Origin: a virus | Taxonomy: Duplodnaviria; Heunggongvirae; Uroviricota; Caudoviricetes | Length of the DNA stretch: 64,000 nt | Virus record (IMG/VR): IMGVR_UViG_3300002220_000285 | Strand: one strand, 5' to 3' | In this document: positions 1-8,212 of the stretch, piece by piece | Layout: every line of letters starts with the position of its first letter | Numbering within the stretch: the stretch's first letter is position 1 | The notes under the pieces: generated by a model | Told to the model about the DNA's origin: nothing | Databases searched by the model: none | The model's input: only the letters and a program-made list of their open reading frames with translations | Position numbers and translations under genes: made by a program

Positions 1-2
1 AA

Positions 3-251
3 GGCAGCGCCGAAGGCAGCGCCAGCGCGATCAAGTTTTCGGAAGGTTTTGAACCGGAACGGCTGCTTTCGGTGGACACCGAAGGCGTCAAGGTTGTAGA
101 CGCGGAAAGCGTTATGGTGGCCATCATCCGCAAGGTTGGCGCCAAACGGGCCACCGCACTCCTGAAGCAAGTAGCGGCATGGGACGAATTCGTTAGTGCC
201 GAAGGCAAGCGCCGCGCCGAGCCTGCCGCCGCCGAACAGGCTGCAGCCTGA
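3..251 (+). CDS. hypothetical protein, 5'-truncated at window edge (C-terminal 82 aa: ...AEPAAAEQAAA*)
   Basis: Open frame from window start to TGA at 249-251; GC-rich codon usage like neighbours; function unknown. Confidence 0.45.
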   Translation, partial: GSAEGSASAIKFSEGFEPERLLSVDTEGVKVVDAESVMVAIIRKVGAKRATALLKQVAAWDEFVSAEGKRRAEPAAAEQAAA

Positions 252-266
252 CCCTAACAGGTTAGG
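252..266. repeat. variant copy of intergenic palindrome (CCTAAC-AG-GTTAGG)
   Basis: Immediately after stop of upstream CDS; 6-bp arms; followed by GGACGGGG-ACAA-CCCCGTCC hairpin. Confidence 0.5.
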
Positions 267-284
267 ACGGGGACAACCCCGTCC
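265..284 (+). terminator. GC-rich hairpin GGACGGGG-ACAA-CCCCGTCC (terminator-like, no U-run)
   Basis: 8-bp perfect stem, 4-nt loop, downstream of CDS ending at 251; member of GGACGGGGAC hairpin family also at 2561 and 31329. Confidence 0.35.
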
Positions 285-526
285 TAGCCTGTCTTACCTT
301 CCGCGAGTGCATTGGATAGCCTTCGGGCTATCTACTGTGTTTGCCGTGCCTGGAAACGAACGGCGGCGCCCTAAAAAGGCCGCTGGGAATCGCCTTCAGT
401 CTGGCTTCACCTGTTCTTTAACAATTTGGCTGATCTGTTCATCTATTTGGGGCCGAGCATCCCCTATAGATTTTGGCCCGGCTCGAGTCAGGGGAAATTT
501 CGTCCTGACTCAGAACCGAACCGAAT

Positions 527-541
527 CCCTAACCGTTAGGG
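527..541. repeat. intergenic palindrome CCCTAACCGTTAGGG
   Basis: Exact 15-mer, 7-bp inverted arms around central C. Confidence 0.6.
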
Positions 542-799
542 AAACAGATGACGGGCAGTTAGCTGCCCGCGGATGCAAAACTACCGTTTAGCGAGCCTCG
601 TGAGAGTCCGGGGCCGCTGTCGAGGAGAGGGCCGGGGACAACCCCGCACCTTACCCCTTCGATTCCTGCAGTAACGGGGAGAACGGCACGGGCCTAAGGC
701 TCGATGCAAGCCGCGGGAATCTACTGTCGGGGGCGATCCTGAGTGACGCTGCAAGCGAAGCCCCAACCCCTGTCCCATGCCCGGATTGGCAACCCGAAG

Positions 800-866
800 G
801 CAGGGGACGGGGATGACAAGCCCTGTGCAAGGTCCCTTGTGCAAGTGAGTCATCCCCGTCCCCTGC
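800..866. repeat. 18-bp perfect inverted repeat GCAGGGGACGGGGATGAC / GTCATCCCCGTCCCCTGC with 31-nt spacer
   Basis: Arms at 800-817 and 849-866 are exact reverse complements; followed by pyrimidine/T-rich tract CTTTGCTCTTACCCCTCTTTATCCTTATTGTT. Confidence 0.7.
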
Positions 867-879
867 CTTTGCTCTTACC

Positions 880-1320
880 CCTCTTTATCCTTATTGTTAA
901 ACGGTAGAAAACTTTAATAAAAAAAGGACTGTTTTTGTTTTTTCGCAAACGCGAAAATCCGCCTTTTCGCAAAAACGAAAACAAGCCGCCAGAAGTTAGA
1001 GGATAACAACTGGTCATTTGTTAAACCTTTTCGTTAAACGCCGAAACCCGCGCCAGTATTGGCTCTCCGCCTTATCGTACTGGAGTAACATCGCCGTTTA
1101 ACAGTTAAACGCCGTTTTTGTCCGCTAATTGCCCAATTAAGAGGCAAATCTGCTGCACTGCAACAGCCGTGCGACCTTGCCTAACCGACTTGAATTCGGT
1201 CTCAAACTCGATTTTGGTTTCACTTCTGGTCCTGTAAGAAACCCTTATCTGCCAGAGACCGTATCAGGGTGAAACGCCTGTTTTCCCTTGTTCGTGATGT
1301 TTAACGAACGCCACTTGAGG
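880..1320. promoter_or_regulatory. AT-rich regulatory island (candidate early promoter/operator cluster or origin) with TTTTCG-N6-8-CGAAAA and CGTTTAAC-A-GTTAAACG inverted repeats
   Basis: Local AT content far above the ~60% GC genome; TTTTCGCAAACGCGAAAA (939-956), TTTTCGCAAAAACGAAAA (964-981), TTTTCGTTAAACGCCGAAA (1028-1046), CGTTTAACAGTTAAACG (1095-1111); no ORF; precedes first early gene. Confidence 0.4.
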
Positions 1321-1330
1321 AGTACCTCCC

Positions 1331-1591
1331 ATGTTCCGCACCGGCCGCACCCGTCGCACCCTCCAGCCCCGCGCCTTCGTTTGCTACTGGGATTTCCAGG
1401 GCACGACTGTCGCCAACCGCACAACGACCCTTGCATCGGCTCGCAAACAAGCCGACCGCCGCCCGATGGGGTACGTGGTGGACACCCGAACCCATCGGAC
1501 CGTCTACCTCTCGGACTCCGCCCGCTCGCGCCTTGCTCGGCGCCTGGGAACCGGGATGGATTCCGTGAACGCCCTGCTGGCCCTTGCCTGA
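1331..1591 (+). CDS. hypothetical early protein (86 aa, basic, Arg-rich)
   Basis: ORF with GAGGAG SD 7 nt upstream; stop abuts palindrome at 1593. Confidence 0.6.
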   Translation: MFRTGRTRRTLQPRAFVCYWDFQGTTVANRTTTLASARKQADRRPMGYVVDTRTHRTVYLSDSARSRLARRLGTGMDSVNALLALA

Positions 1592-1592
1592 C

Positions 1593-1607
1593 CCCTAACC
1601 GTTAGGG
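1593..1607. repeat. intergenic palindrome CCCTAACCGTTAGGG
   Basis: Exact copy, followed by ATTGCCTCAGCGATCCCTGCACTACTTTTGGAGAGTCTC leader. Confidence 0.6.
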
Positions 1608-1648
1608 ATTGCCTCAGCGATCCCTGCACTACTTTTGGAGAGTCTCAA

Positions 1649-1828
1649 ATGGAAGTCGAAACCGCCCTGATGCTGTCCCCGCTGGAGCAGGCCGTGCTGA
1701 AGCAGGCCCTGCTCGTTCAGCGCAGCAACCTCTCCGCCGTCCTGGATTCGCTGGACAGTCGCAACTGCTTCCGCTCCTCGCTGAAACAGGAACTCGAGGT
1801 GGTGCGCGCCTTGCTGGAGCGCGTGTGA
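1649..1828 (+). CDS. hypothetical small protein (59 aa; below ORF-track cutoff)
   Basis: ATG 7 nt after CTACTTTTGGAGAGTCTCAA leader; uninterrupted frame checked codon by codon; TGA overlaps next ATG (TGATG). Confidence 0.55.
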   Translation: MEVETALMLSPLEQAVLKQALLVQRSNLSAVLDSLDSRNCFRSSLKQELEVVRALLERV

Positions 1829-2016
1829 TGGAAGACGCCCCCGTGATGATGCTGCACCTGACGGACGCACAAGCAAACCTGATTGGGTTTGCCTTGCGCG
1901 CCCTGATTCGATCGCACAGCGTGGAAATCTCCAAACTCTCGAATGCCGAGGAGATCAAGGCGCTCGCCCACGAGATCGCCGAAGCCGACGTTCTGCTTCG
2001 GGAGATTTACGAGTGA
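1828..2016 (+). CDS. hypothetical small protein (62 aa)
   Basis: Internal ATG of track ORF 1609..2016 chosen because of TGATG coupling with upstream gene. Confidence 0.55.
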   Translation: MEDAPVMMLHLTDAQANLIGFALRALIRSHSVEISKLSNAEEIKALAHEIAEADVLLREIYE

Positions 2017-2135
2017 TGTCGATGACGACTGCCTACGTTCTCGGTTCGACCTTGTTTCTGGTCTGGCTTCCGATCTACCTCCTGTTCCGGGACGGGGACG
2101 ACTTCGTCCCCTCCGACGACAACGACAACCCCTAA
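2016..2135 (+). CDS. small hydrophobic membrane peptide (39 aa, MSMTTAYVLGSTLFLVWLPIYLLF...)
   Basis: TGATG-coupled start; single predicted TM helix; TAA stop lies inside the palindrome at 2130-2144. Confidence 0.5.
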   Translation: MSMTTAYVLGSTLFLVWLPIYLLFRDGDDFVPSDDNDNP

Positions 2136-2144
2136 CCGTTAGGG
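2130..2144. repeat. intergenic palindrome CCCTAACCGTTAGGG
   Basis: Exact copy containing TAA stop of upstream peptide gene; followed by CTCTACTTCTGGAGAGTCTC leader. Confidence 0.6.
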
Positions 2145-2183
2145 GTCGCAGCGGCGATCCCTGCTCTACTTCTGGAGAGTCTC

Positions 2184-2285
2184 ATGCAGAACCTGGAATT
2201 CGTTTGGCCCCTCATTCTGGTGGTGGGTGGGGTGTTTCTGCTCGCGCTGATCGCGCTGATGGCTGGCGCCAATGGAAGGGACTGA
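2184..2285 (+). CDS. small hydrophobic membrane peptide (33 aa, MQNLEFVWPLILVVGGVFLLALIALMAG...)
   Basis: ATG 6 nt after GGAGAGTCTC; one TM helix; frame verified. Confidence 0.5.
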   Translation: MQNLEFVWPLILVVGGVFLLALIALMAGANGRD

Positions 2286-2287
2286 CA

Positions 2288-2557
2288 ATGGAACTGATTA
2301 CGCTGGCGAAGGTGTTCTGCGCCCTCGTGCGCCTCGCCGCCTCTCAAGCTGGAGTGGATGCTGCGGATACCGACCCGGACGACTACTGCGACTCCAACCT
2401 GGTGATGGCTGCCGCCTTTACCGCGGTCATGGGGCGTCCCCCCGTGCTGCCTTCCGAGGTGGAGGCCGATCCCCACCTTGCCCAGCAGGAGGACTCGGAC
2501 CTCGCCCTGTGGAACGGCGCCTACGGTATGTCTAGGTACTGCCTGTATCAACTGTGA
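2288..2557 (+). CDS. hypothetical protein (89 aa)
   Basis: Internal ATG of track ORF 1943..2557 directly after upstream TGA. Confidence 0.5.
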   Translation: MELITLAKVFCALVRLAASQAGVDAADTDPDDYCDSNLVMAAAFTAVMGRPPVLPSEVEADPHLAQQEDSDLALWNGAYGMSRYCLYQL

Positions 2558-2560
2558 CCC

Positions 2561-2598
2561 GGACGGGGACGACCGCTCACCCGCTGTCGTCCCCGTCC
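2561..2598 (+). terminator. GC-rich hairpin GGACGGGGACGA...TCGTCCCCGTCC (12-bp stem) fused to palindrome
   Basis: Perfect 12-bp inverted arms 2561-2572 / 2587-2598 right after stop of 2288..2557; no U-run. Confidence 0.4.
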
Positions 2599-2611
2599 CT
2601 AACCGTTAGGG
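2597..2611. repeat. intergenic palindrome CCCTAACCGTTAGGG
   Basis: Exact copy. Confidence 0.6.
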
Positions 2612-2625
2612 ATTGCCTCAGCGAT

Positions 2626-2638
2626 CCCTAACCGTTAG
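2626..2638. repeat. degenerate half-copy CCCTAACCGTTAG(cc)
   Basis: Second tandem copy 15 nt after previous one, right arm mutated. Confidence 0.4.
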
Positions 2639-2660
2639 CCCCTTACCTATGGAGTACCTC

Positions 2661-3332
2661 ATGAACGACCTGACCCGCAACATCGCCGCCGCCCGCATCC
2701 TCATGTTCGGGGGCCACCGCGCCGTCTCCAAGGACACGCTGGCCGCGGCGCTGGCGAGCGTCGATCCCGACACCTTCTTCGAGGTCGTCCAGCGGTACGT
2801 GAACGATTACGAAACCAATCAGGAACCCGATCAGGAACCCGTCCCGAAGGAGTCGAATTCCGATTCCGATTGCGGCCCCGTCCCCGTCCCCGCCAGGCGT
2901 TATTCGCTGACGTCCCCGCCGCCGTCCCCGTTCGATGGGGAGGAGGCGCTCAAGGAGTTTAACTTCCGCCTTCAGGATGAGCTTTTGGAGCGGGTGACGG
3001 GGGACAACCTCGCCCAGTCCTATGTCGCCTTGCTGCACGCCAACACGGCTGTCTTCTGCATGGGGGTGCGCGCTCACTTCGCCGATCTTACGGTGACGGA
3101 AGCTCTCGAGCTGTTCAAACTCCTCACCTCCACCTTGCCAGACTGGATGCTGGGGGATTCCGCTTACGCCCCTGCACGCCTCAGTCATGAGGAGCAGGGG
3201 GAATGGGCGAAGTCCTTCCGTAACCTCGAGATTCTGGAGTCGTACATCAGCTTCTTGATGACGACGGAGATCGGTTACTGGAGGAGTATGTCCGATATGC
3301 GCAGCTACTGCAGGTTCTTGTTCGAGGACTGA
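2661..3332 (+). CDS. hypothetical protein (223 aa)
   Basis: ATG preceded by GGAG; track ORF 2613..3332 same frame. Confidence 0.6.
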   Translation: MNDLTRNIAAARILMFGGHRAVSKDTLAAALASVDPDTFFEVVQRYVNDYETNQEPDQEPVPKESNSDSDCGPVPVPARRYSLTSPPPSPFDGEEALKEFNFRLQDELLERVTGDNLAQSYVALLHANTAVFCMGVRAHFADLTVTEALELFKLLTSTLPDWMLGDSAYAPARLSHEEQGEWAKSFRNLEILESYISFLMTTEIGYWRSMSDMRSYCRFLFED

Positions 3333-3358
3333 AGCAGGAGCAGGGGACGCCTGGCGTC

Positions 3359-3373
3359 CCCTAACCGTTAGGG
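3359..3373. repeat. intergenic palindrome CCCTAACCGTTAGGG
   Basis: Exact copy, followed by CCTACTTTTGGAGG leader. Confidence 0.6.
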
Positions 3374-3394
3374 AACCTACTTTTGGAGGTGAAG

Positions 3395-4219
3395 ATGAAA
3401 TACGAACTGATCCCGGAAGGCGACCTGTTCAGGCTGCGCGCCTTGAAAGCCTTTGGGGATGTGCGGGAAGGGGAGCTGGGAGGCCTTGTTCAGGGGCCTG
3501 AGAACCTCTCACAAGAGGGCCTGTGCTGGGTCGCCGGGAACGCTCGCGTCTACGGGGACGCTCGCGTCTACGGGGACGCTCGCATCTACGGGAACGCTCG
3601 GGTCTACGGGGGCGCTGAGGTCTCCGGGAGCGCTCAGGTCTACGGGGGCGCTCGGGTCTTCGGGAACACTGAGGTCTCCGGGAGCGCTCAGGTCTTCGGG
3701 AACACTGAGGTCTCCGGGAGCGCTCGCGTCTCCGGGAGCGCTAGGGTCTACGGGAACGCTCGCGTCTCCGGGAGCGCTCGGGTCTACGGGAGCGCTCGGG
3801 TCTACGGAAACTCTCGAGTCTACGGAAACTCTGACGTCTCCTGGTGCGCTTGCGTCTACGGGGACGCTAAGGTCTACGGGGACGCTCTCGTCAACGGTAA
3901 CGCTTGCGTCTCCGGGGACGCTTGCGTCTCCGTAGACGCTCATGTCTACGGGGACGCTCGGGTCTGCGGGAGCGCTCTGGTCTGCGGAAGAGACTTCCTG
4001 CTAGTCGGCCCGCTCGGCTCGCGCTCCTCCACGCTCACGATTACCCGCAACAGTGAGGGTACTCTGCTGTTTTCCACTGGATGCTTCCACGGCACCCTCG
4101 ACGAATTCGTCGCCGCCGTGAAAGAAGAGCACGAAGGTAACCAACACGAATTCGATTACCTCGCCGCGGTTGATCTGGCTAGGGTTATTTCTAGAAGTTG
4201 GCCCAACCCTAACCGTTAG
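3395..4219 (+). CDS. beta-helical hexapeptide-repeat protein (~25 repeats A-R-V-Y-G-[DNGS]; bactofilin-like V-x-G periodicity)
   Basis: Protein is ~25 consecutive 6-aa repeats (ARVYGD, ARIYGN, AEVSGS, AQVFGN...) flanked by non-repeat N- and C-terminal domains; encoded by 18-bp DNA tandem repeats. Confidence 0.7.
   Translation: MKYELIPEGDLFRLRALKAFGDVREGELGGLVQGPENLSQEGLCWVAGNARVYGDARVYGDARIYGNARVYGGAEVSGSAQVYGGARVFGNTEVSGSAQVFGNTEVSGSARVSGSARVYGNARVSGSARVYGSARVYGNSRVYGNSDVSWCACVYGDAKVYGDALVNGNACVSGDACVSVDAHVYGDARVCGSALVCGRDFLLVGPLGSRSSTLTITRNSEGTLLFSTGCFHGTLDEFVAAVKEEHEGNQHEFDYLAAVDLARVISRSWPNPNR
3532..3990. repeat. 18-bp tandem DNA repeat array (~25 units, consensus GGGGACGCTCGCGTCTAC) incl. 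an exact 36-bp duplication
   Basis: Visible periodicity; exact 36-mer GGGAACACTGAGGTCTCCGGGAGCGCTCAGGTCTTC occurs twice in tandem (~3662-3733). Confidence 0.8.
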
Positions 4220-4220
4220 G
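4207..4220. repeat. intergenic palindrome copy (CCCTAACCGTTAGG, one G short)
   Basis: Contains TAA stop of upstream gene. Confidence 0.5.
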
Positions 4221-4228
4221 AGTTTCTG

Positions 4229-4543
4229 ATGTACCTGTGTGAATTGATCGAGGCGCTCGAGAACGCGCCGCAAGACCTTGTCGTCCCCATCGGGTTTGCT
4301 GAGCCGCACAGCTACCGAGGCTACTACGAGGATTTGGAATTCACCCCTGCCATGAATGTGACCGTGGCCTCGATGCTTGCCCATGCGCGGTCCGCGTTGG
4401 GCGCGACGTTCTACGGCTACAAGGGCGGGGACTACAAGATGCACGAATACAGCCGCTGCTGGATCGGCGAGGCGGGGCTGGTGGAGGACCAATCGATCAG
4501 CCCGCTGCTGCTCAACTTCATGCTGGGCAACCCGGCCCTGTAG
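4229..4543 (+). CDS. hypothetical protein (104 aa)
   Basis: ATG after AGGAG SD. Confidence 0.6.
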   Translation: MYLCELIEALENAPQDLVVPIGFAEPHSYRGYYEDLEFTPAMNVTVASMLAHARSALGATFYGYKGGDYKMHEYSRCWIGEAGLVEDQSISPLLLNFMLGNPAL

Positions 4544-4558
4544 CCCTAACCATTAGGG
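4544..4558. repeat. intergenic palindrome variant CCCTAACCATTAGGG
   Basis: One-base variant. Confidence 0.5.
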
Positions 4559-4599
4559 ATTTGATCTGGACGGCCCCCACTACTTAAGGAGAACCTTTC

Positions 4600-5109
4600 A
4601 TGTCCGATTTCCAATTCGATACCAACCGCGAACCCTATGTCATCGTGGTCCCCTCGCACAACTACGGCTACGGTCACGTGTCGGCGCACTTCATGCTGCC
4701 CGACCCGAAGAACGGGTACTGGGATACCCGCATCGAGCTGGTGCTGCGTTGCCAGATCAACGGTGCCAGCTCCGATCATCGCCCCTTGAATCCCTACGCG
4801 GTTCGGTTCGAGGCTGAGGAGTTGAGGCTCAGGAACGTCAAGCGCCTTGCTCAGCTCGTCAACAAGCTGGAGAAGCTCCAGCCAGAACTCGAAGGGGAAG
4901 GGGACGACGGCACCGCCTTCTGGCTCACCCTGTTCACCGCGGCCCTGACGGCCTGGAAGGTGGATCACGTGTTCGTTCGGGAGTCGATTCGGGATTCCCG
5001 CGTCGTCCCGGACCTCCCGTATTTCACCAAGCTGAAGAATCCGGCAAACTCCCATGCCGCCCTCTCCTGCGTTGGGGAGGTGTTCAAGACGCTCTACAGG
5101 AGTATGTGA
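4600..5109 (+). CDS. hypothetical protein (169 aa)
   Basis: ATG after CTACTTAAGGAGAACC leader. Confidence 0.6.
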   Translation: MSDFQFDTNREPYVIVVPSHNYGYGHVSAHFMLPDPKNGYWDTRIELVLRCQINGASSDHRPLNPYAVRFEAEELRLRNVKRLAQLVNKLEKLQPELEGEGDDGTAFWLTLFTAALTAWKVDHVFVRESIRDSRVVPDLPYFTKLKNPANSHAALSCVGEVFKTLYRSM

Positions 5110-5471
5110 TGAAGCCAGAACCGAAGGATGTGATTCGCGCCTTGAACAAGGCTGCGAAGATGATCAGGGACGGGGACGTCATCTACATCTGTACCGCCCT
5201 CGACCATGTTCGCAAGTACCACCCGGAGCTGGCGCCTGCGGCGCTGTATTGCTGCAAGTGGGTCGATTCCATGCTGGGGAAAGGTCATACGCTGGAAATG
5301 TGGCTGAACGCCAATTGCGAGGACTATCGGGAAGCTGTCAGCAGCATCTCAATGCTCCCCTCAAGGTCTCCGCAGCTTCTGAGAGCGACCCAGAGAAGGT
5401 ACGACAAGGTGCAGCGCACCCGCCTTGCATGGATCGCGTGGATGAAGTCTGAGATCAAAACCAACCCCTAA
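5106..5471 (+). CDS. hypothetical protein (121 aa)
   Basis: ATGA overlap with upstream stop; TAA stop inside palindrome. Confidence 0.6.
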   Translation: MMKPEPKDVIRALNKAAKMIRDGDVIYICTALDHVRKYHPELAPAALYCCKWVDSMLGKGHTLEMWLNANCEDYREAVSSISMLPSRSPQLLRATQRRYDKVQRTRLAWIAWMKSEIKTNP

Positions 5472-5480
5472 CCGTTAGGG
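5466..5480. repeat. intergenic palindrome CCCTAACCGTTAGGG fused to GGGCTTCGGCCC tetraloop hairpin (5478-5489)
   Basis: Exact copy; its GGG arm forms the stem of a UUCG-loop hairpin. Confidence 0.6.
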
Positions 5481-5508
5481 CTTCGGCCCGTTACCTGAGG
5501 AGAAGTAC

Positions 5509-5916
5509 ATGCGTTGGTATCAACCTGGCGGCGACTACAGCCGCGATTACTGGCTGATTGATGATTCGGACCAGATCATCGCCCGAGTTCGTCACAACTT
5601 CGAGGGAACTTGGGCCTTCGGGGTTCGGGAGTTCCTGTCCGAGGAAGGCGCGAAGAAGGCGGCGATGCGCGCCAACGGCGCCACCTTGAAAGAGATTCTG
5701 GAAGTGTTCCCCCCGGAGGCTGCGCAGATGCCGGTTGGCGTCTGGCTTCCGTGGTCGGGCGGAAATCAGATTCCGGATGTACCGCCCGATCATCGGGTGG
5801 CGATCAGGTATCGGGGCGGTGAGGAAGGTGAACTCTCCTATGAGGGTGTTCCCCTTATGCGGTGGACCCACACAGAGACGACCGGGGACATCGTCGCCTA
5901 CAAGATCAACCCCTAA
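5509..5916 (+). CDS. hypothetical protein (135 aa)
   Basis: ATG after GAGGAG; TAA stop inside palindrome. Confidence 0.6.
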   Translation: MRWYQPGGDYSRDYWLIDDSDQIIARVRHNFEGTWAFGVREFLSEEGAKKAAMRANGATLKEILEVFPPEAAQMPVGVWLPWSGGNQIPDVPPDHRVAIRYRGGEEGELSYEGVPLMRWTHTETTGDIVAYKINP

Positions 5917-5925
5917 CCGTTAGGG
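5911..5925. repeat. intergenic palindrome CCCTAACCGTTAGGG
   Basis: Exact copy. Confidence 0.6.
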
Positions 5926-5932
5926 AATCAAC

Positions 5933-6406
5933 ATGACCGAAGAAGAAATGCGGGACGCTGACGTCCCGACGCTCGAGACCCTCGAGGAACTGACCGCCTA
6001 CATCTCAGAGCTGGTGAATCAGCCGCAGGACTACGGCACGTGCGTCTACGCGATGAGCATGGCCGCAACCGCGACGTTCAACTACGTTGCCCGAAATCTC
6101 GGGGTTACAGGATTCCAGGCCTCGTGTGCCGACATGGACATCCTTCGGCGCACTCGTGACCTCGAGGGTCCGTTCATGCTCGTCAAGGGCGAGAACCTTC
6201 TGTACCCGCAGTACGACATTCAGTCGAATGTTCAGGAATGGATCGGGAGCTGCACACCCTGGGCGGCGCAGGAGGCGAAGAAACTCCTTGCCAGCGCCAA
6301 CCCGGAAAACGTCGCGTACAACGTCTGGCGCCATTGGGAGAGGCTGGCCTCTGCAGGGGAGGAGCTGGACGCGCCTGAAACCTATGATCAAGGGGGTGGG
6401 GCGTGA
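5933..6406 (+). CDS. hypothetical protein (157 aa, acidic)
   Basis: ATG 8 nt after palindrome. Confidence 0.55.
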   Translation: MTEEEMRDADVPTLETLEELTAYISELVNQPQDYGTCVYAMSMAATATFNYVARNLGVTGFQASCADMDILRRTRDLEGPFMLVKGENLLYPQYDIQSNVQEWIGSCTPWAAQEAKKLLASANPENVAYNVWRHWERLASAGEELDAPETYDQGGGA

Positions 6407-7395
6407 CTAGTGAAGAACTGCGCGGACTGGCTCAGTGTATTGAAGACGGAAGCATCGGAAAAGGTGGGCGCATTGCGATTGCCCACCGGCTCCGCATCTA
6501 CGCCGATGCGCTGGATGCGGGGCCGGTGGCGTGGATGTATCCAGACGACTACGAGCGCATGGTGTCTGGCGAAACATTTTGCACCGTCTTCTCGGTGAAA
6601 GTGGGTAGCCCGACGCAGGGGACAACGACGGTTCAACTCTACCCGCACTGCATCCCGCCTGCGCCGCAACCTGTAAGCCACGCTGATGAGTTGGGGCCTG
6701 TCGCCGTGCGCTACGGGTGGGACGGCCACGGCTATCAGTACGCCGACAACGGCACGGGTAGCGACTGGCTGACGCGCCACGGTGACGCGGAGGCGCTCTA
6801 TCTCCACCCTCCAACGCTCCGACTTCCGGAGCCGATGGGCTACGCAGCGGGCATCGAGGCTGTAGCAGCGATGATCGAAGCGAAGGCGCAGTCGTTCGCC
6901 GGTCAGCATGGCTCAGACGACATGGGGAGCTTGTCGTTCGGGAGTGGCGACCACGCAGAGGCGAAGTCCGATTACTACAACTCGCTCGTTGAACTGGCGG
7001 AGGAGGTGCGGGCCATGCTCGACGCAGCCCCGACGCCATTTGTCGCCGAGAAGGCTCCCTATTCCGCCATCGTGGGTGATGGTGGCATGGACCCACGCAA
7101 CGCGCTCGACGAGTATCGCCACGCATCCGACCATTGCCTCGGCGCAGCGGAACAGGGCAAGGCCGATCAGGAATTGCTTGAGAAACTTCGCCGTCCCGCG
7201 CTCCGACTGCCGGAGCCGATGACGGATGGCGAGATGCTCGACGTGCTGATCGAGGCATCAAATGAGATGGCAGTCAATGCTGGCCACGACCCTGAATCGT
7301 TGAAGCTCGATCATGGAGCCATCCGGGACGGGCTTGTAGTGGGGCGGGCCATCGAATCAGCAATCCTGCGCCGAGTGAAGGAGGCGAACAAATGA
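6403..7395 (+). CDS. hypothetical protein (330 aa) with internal duplication (P[TA]LRLPEPM...IEA)
   Basis: GTG start overlapping upstream TGA (GTGA); repeated 20-aa segment at two positions. Confidence 0.55.
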   Translation: MTSEELRGLAQCIEDGSIGKGGRIAIAHRLRIYADALDAGPVAWMYPDDYERMVSGETFCTVFSVKVGSPTQGTTTVQLYPHCIPPAPQPVSHADELGPVAVRYGWDGHGYQYADNGTGSDWLTRHGDAEALYLHPPTLRLPEPMGYAAGIEAVAAMIEAKAQSFAGQHGSDDMGSLSFGSGDHAEAKSDYYNSLVELAEEVRAMLDAAPTPFVAEKAPYSAIVGDGGMDPRNALDEYRHASDHCLGAAEQGKADQELLEKLRRPALRLPEPMTDGEMLDVLIEASNEMAVNAGHDPESLKLDHGAIRDGLVVGRAIESAILRRVKEANK

Positions 7396-7694
7396 TGCGT
7401 GAGCGCCCCAAATTCAGCGACGAGGATTACATCGCATTCGACCCCTGCGAAGGGGACCGCGACGTAGACATCAAGTGTCGCACGGTCAAGCTCGTCGTCG
7501 CTCGCAAAGAGCATCCATGCTTCCTCGGCGAAGGCAGCTACGGCGACGGGCACACGATCAAACCGGGCAATCGCTACCGCTACGAGCGCGCGCTCGTGGA
7601 CAGCGACTACTGGGGGCAGTACCGCGTCTGCTTGCCGTGCATGGACAATTTCCTGAGTGGCTTGCGAGGGGAAGACGAGGAGGCGAACAAATGA
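7392..7694 (+). CDS. hypothetical Cys-containing protein (100 aa)
   Basis: ATGA overlap; several Cys/His residues (possible metal site). Confidence 0.5.
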   Translation: MMRERPKFSDEDYIAFDPCEGDRDVDIKCRTVKLVVARKEHPCFLGEGSYGDGHTIKPGNRYRYERALVDSDYWGQYRVCLPCMDNFLSGLRGEDEEANK

Positions 7695-8212
7695 AAATCC
7701 TCGAAGGATGGAAACTGGTGCCGGTGGAGGCTACCGACGAGATGCTGCACGACGCATCGGAAGTTGATCTAGCGGAGGAAACGCCGGAAGCCTACCAAGA
7801 GTACCTGCGCGCAATCCACCGTCGCTTAGTCGCATCCGCACCGACCCCGCCAGTGCAGCACTCGGACGATGTTGCCGTGGACAGGTTCGCGGCGGCGATG
7901 AAAGCGAAGCTGGCCCAGAAACGGGCCGAGGGCCGCGGCGGATGGGACGACCCCGAACAGTGCCCGGTCGAGCGGCTGGCGGAACTGCTGCACGAGCACG
8001 TCAGCAAGGGCGACCCTATCGACGTGGCGAATTTCGCAATGATGCTGTGGTGCCGAGGGGGCAGGACGACCCCGCCAGTGCAGCAGGACGACGAGGCGCT
8101 GGAGGTGCTGCGGGAGCTGGTTGCAGCTTGGGATTCCAACGGCAAGCTCCGCGAATTTGTTGACTCAGTGGGACGCGCCCGCGCCCTCATCGCAAAGCGA
8201 GGTGAGAAATGA
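7691..8212 (+). CDS. hypothetical protein (173 aa)
   Basis: ATG of MKILEGW... overlapping upstream stop (AAATGA); same frame as track ORF 7475..8212. Confidence 0.55.
   Translation: MKILEGWKLVPVEATDEMLHDASEVDLAEETPEAYQEYLRAIHRRLVASAPTPPVQHSDDVAVDRFAAAMKAKLAQKRAEGRGGWDDPEQCPVERLAELLHEHVSKGDPIDVANFAMMLWCRGGRTTPPVQQDDEALEVLRELVAAWDSNGKLREFVDSVGRARALIAKRGEK

Noticed and set aside
196-853. Track ORFs 196..591 (+) and 581..853 (-) in the leader region
   Set aside because: Low-complexity Pro/Arg/Gly-rich translations typical of spurious frames in GC-rich DNA. No start context. They overlap the structured non-coding region and the end of the upstream CDS.
1245-4492. Minus-strand ORFs antisense to early genes (e.g. 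1595..1876, 2132..2551, 2643..3188, 3509..3943, 4001..4492)
   Set aside because: Mirror images of plus-strand genes. 3509..3943 merely reflects the tandem repeats. No ribosome-binding context. The whole region is a co-directional plus-strand operon.
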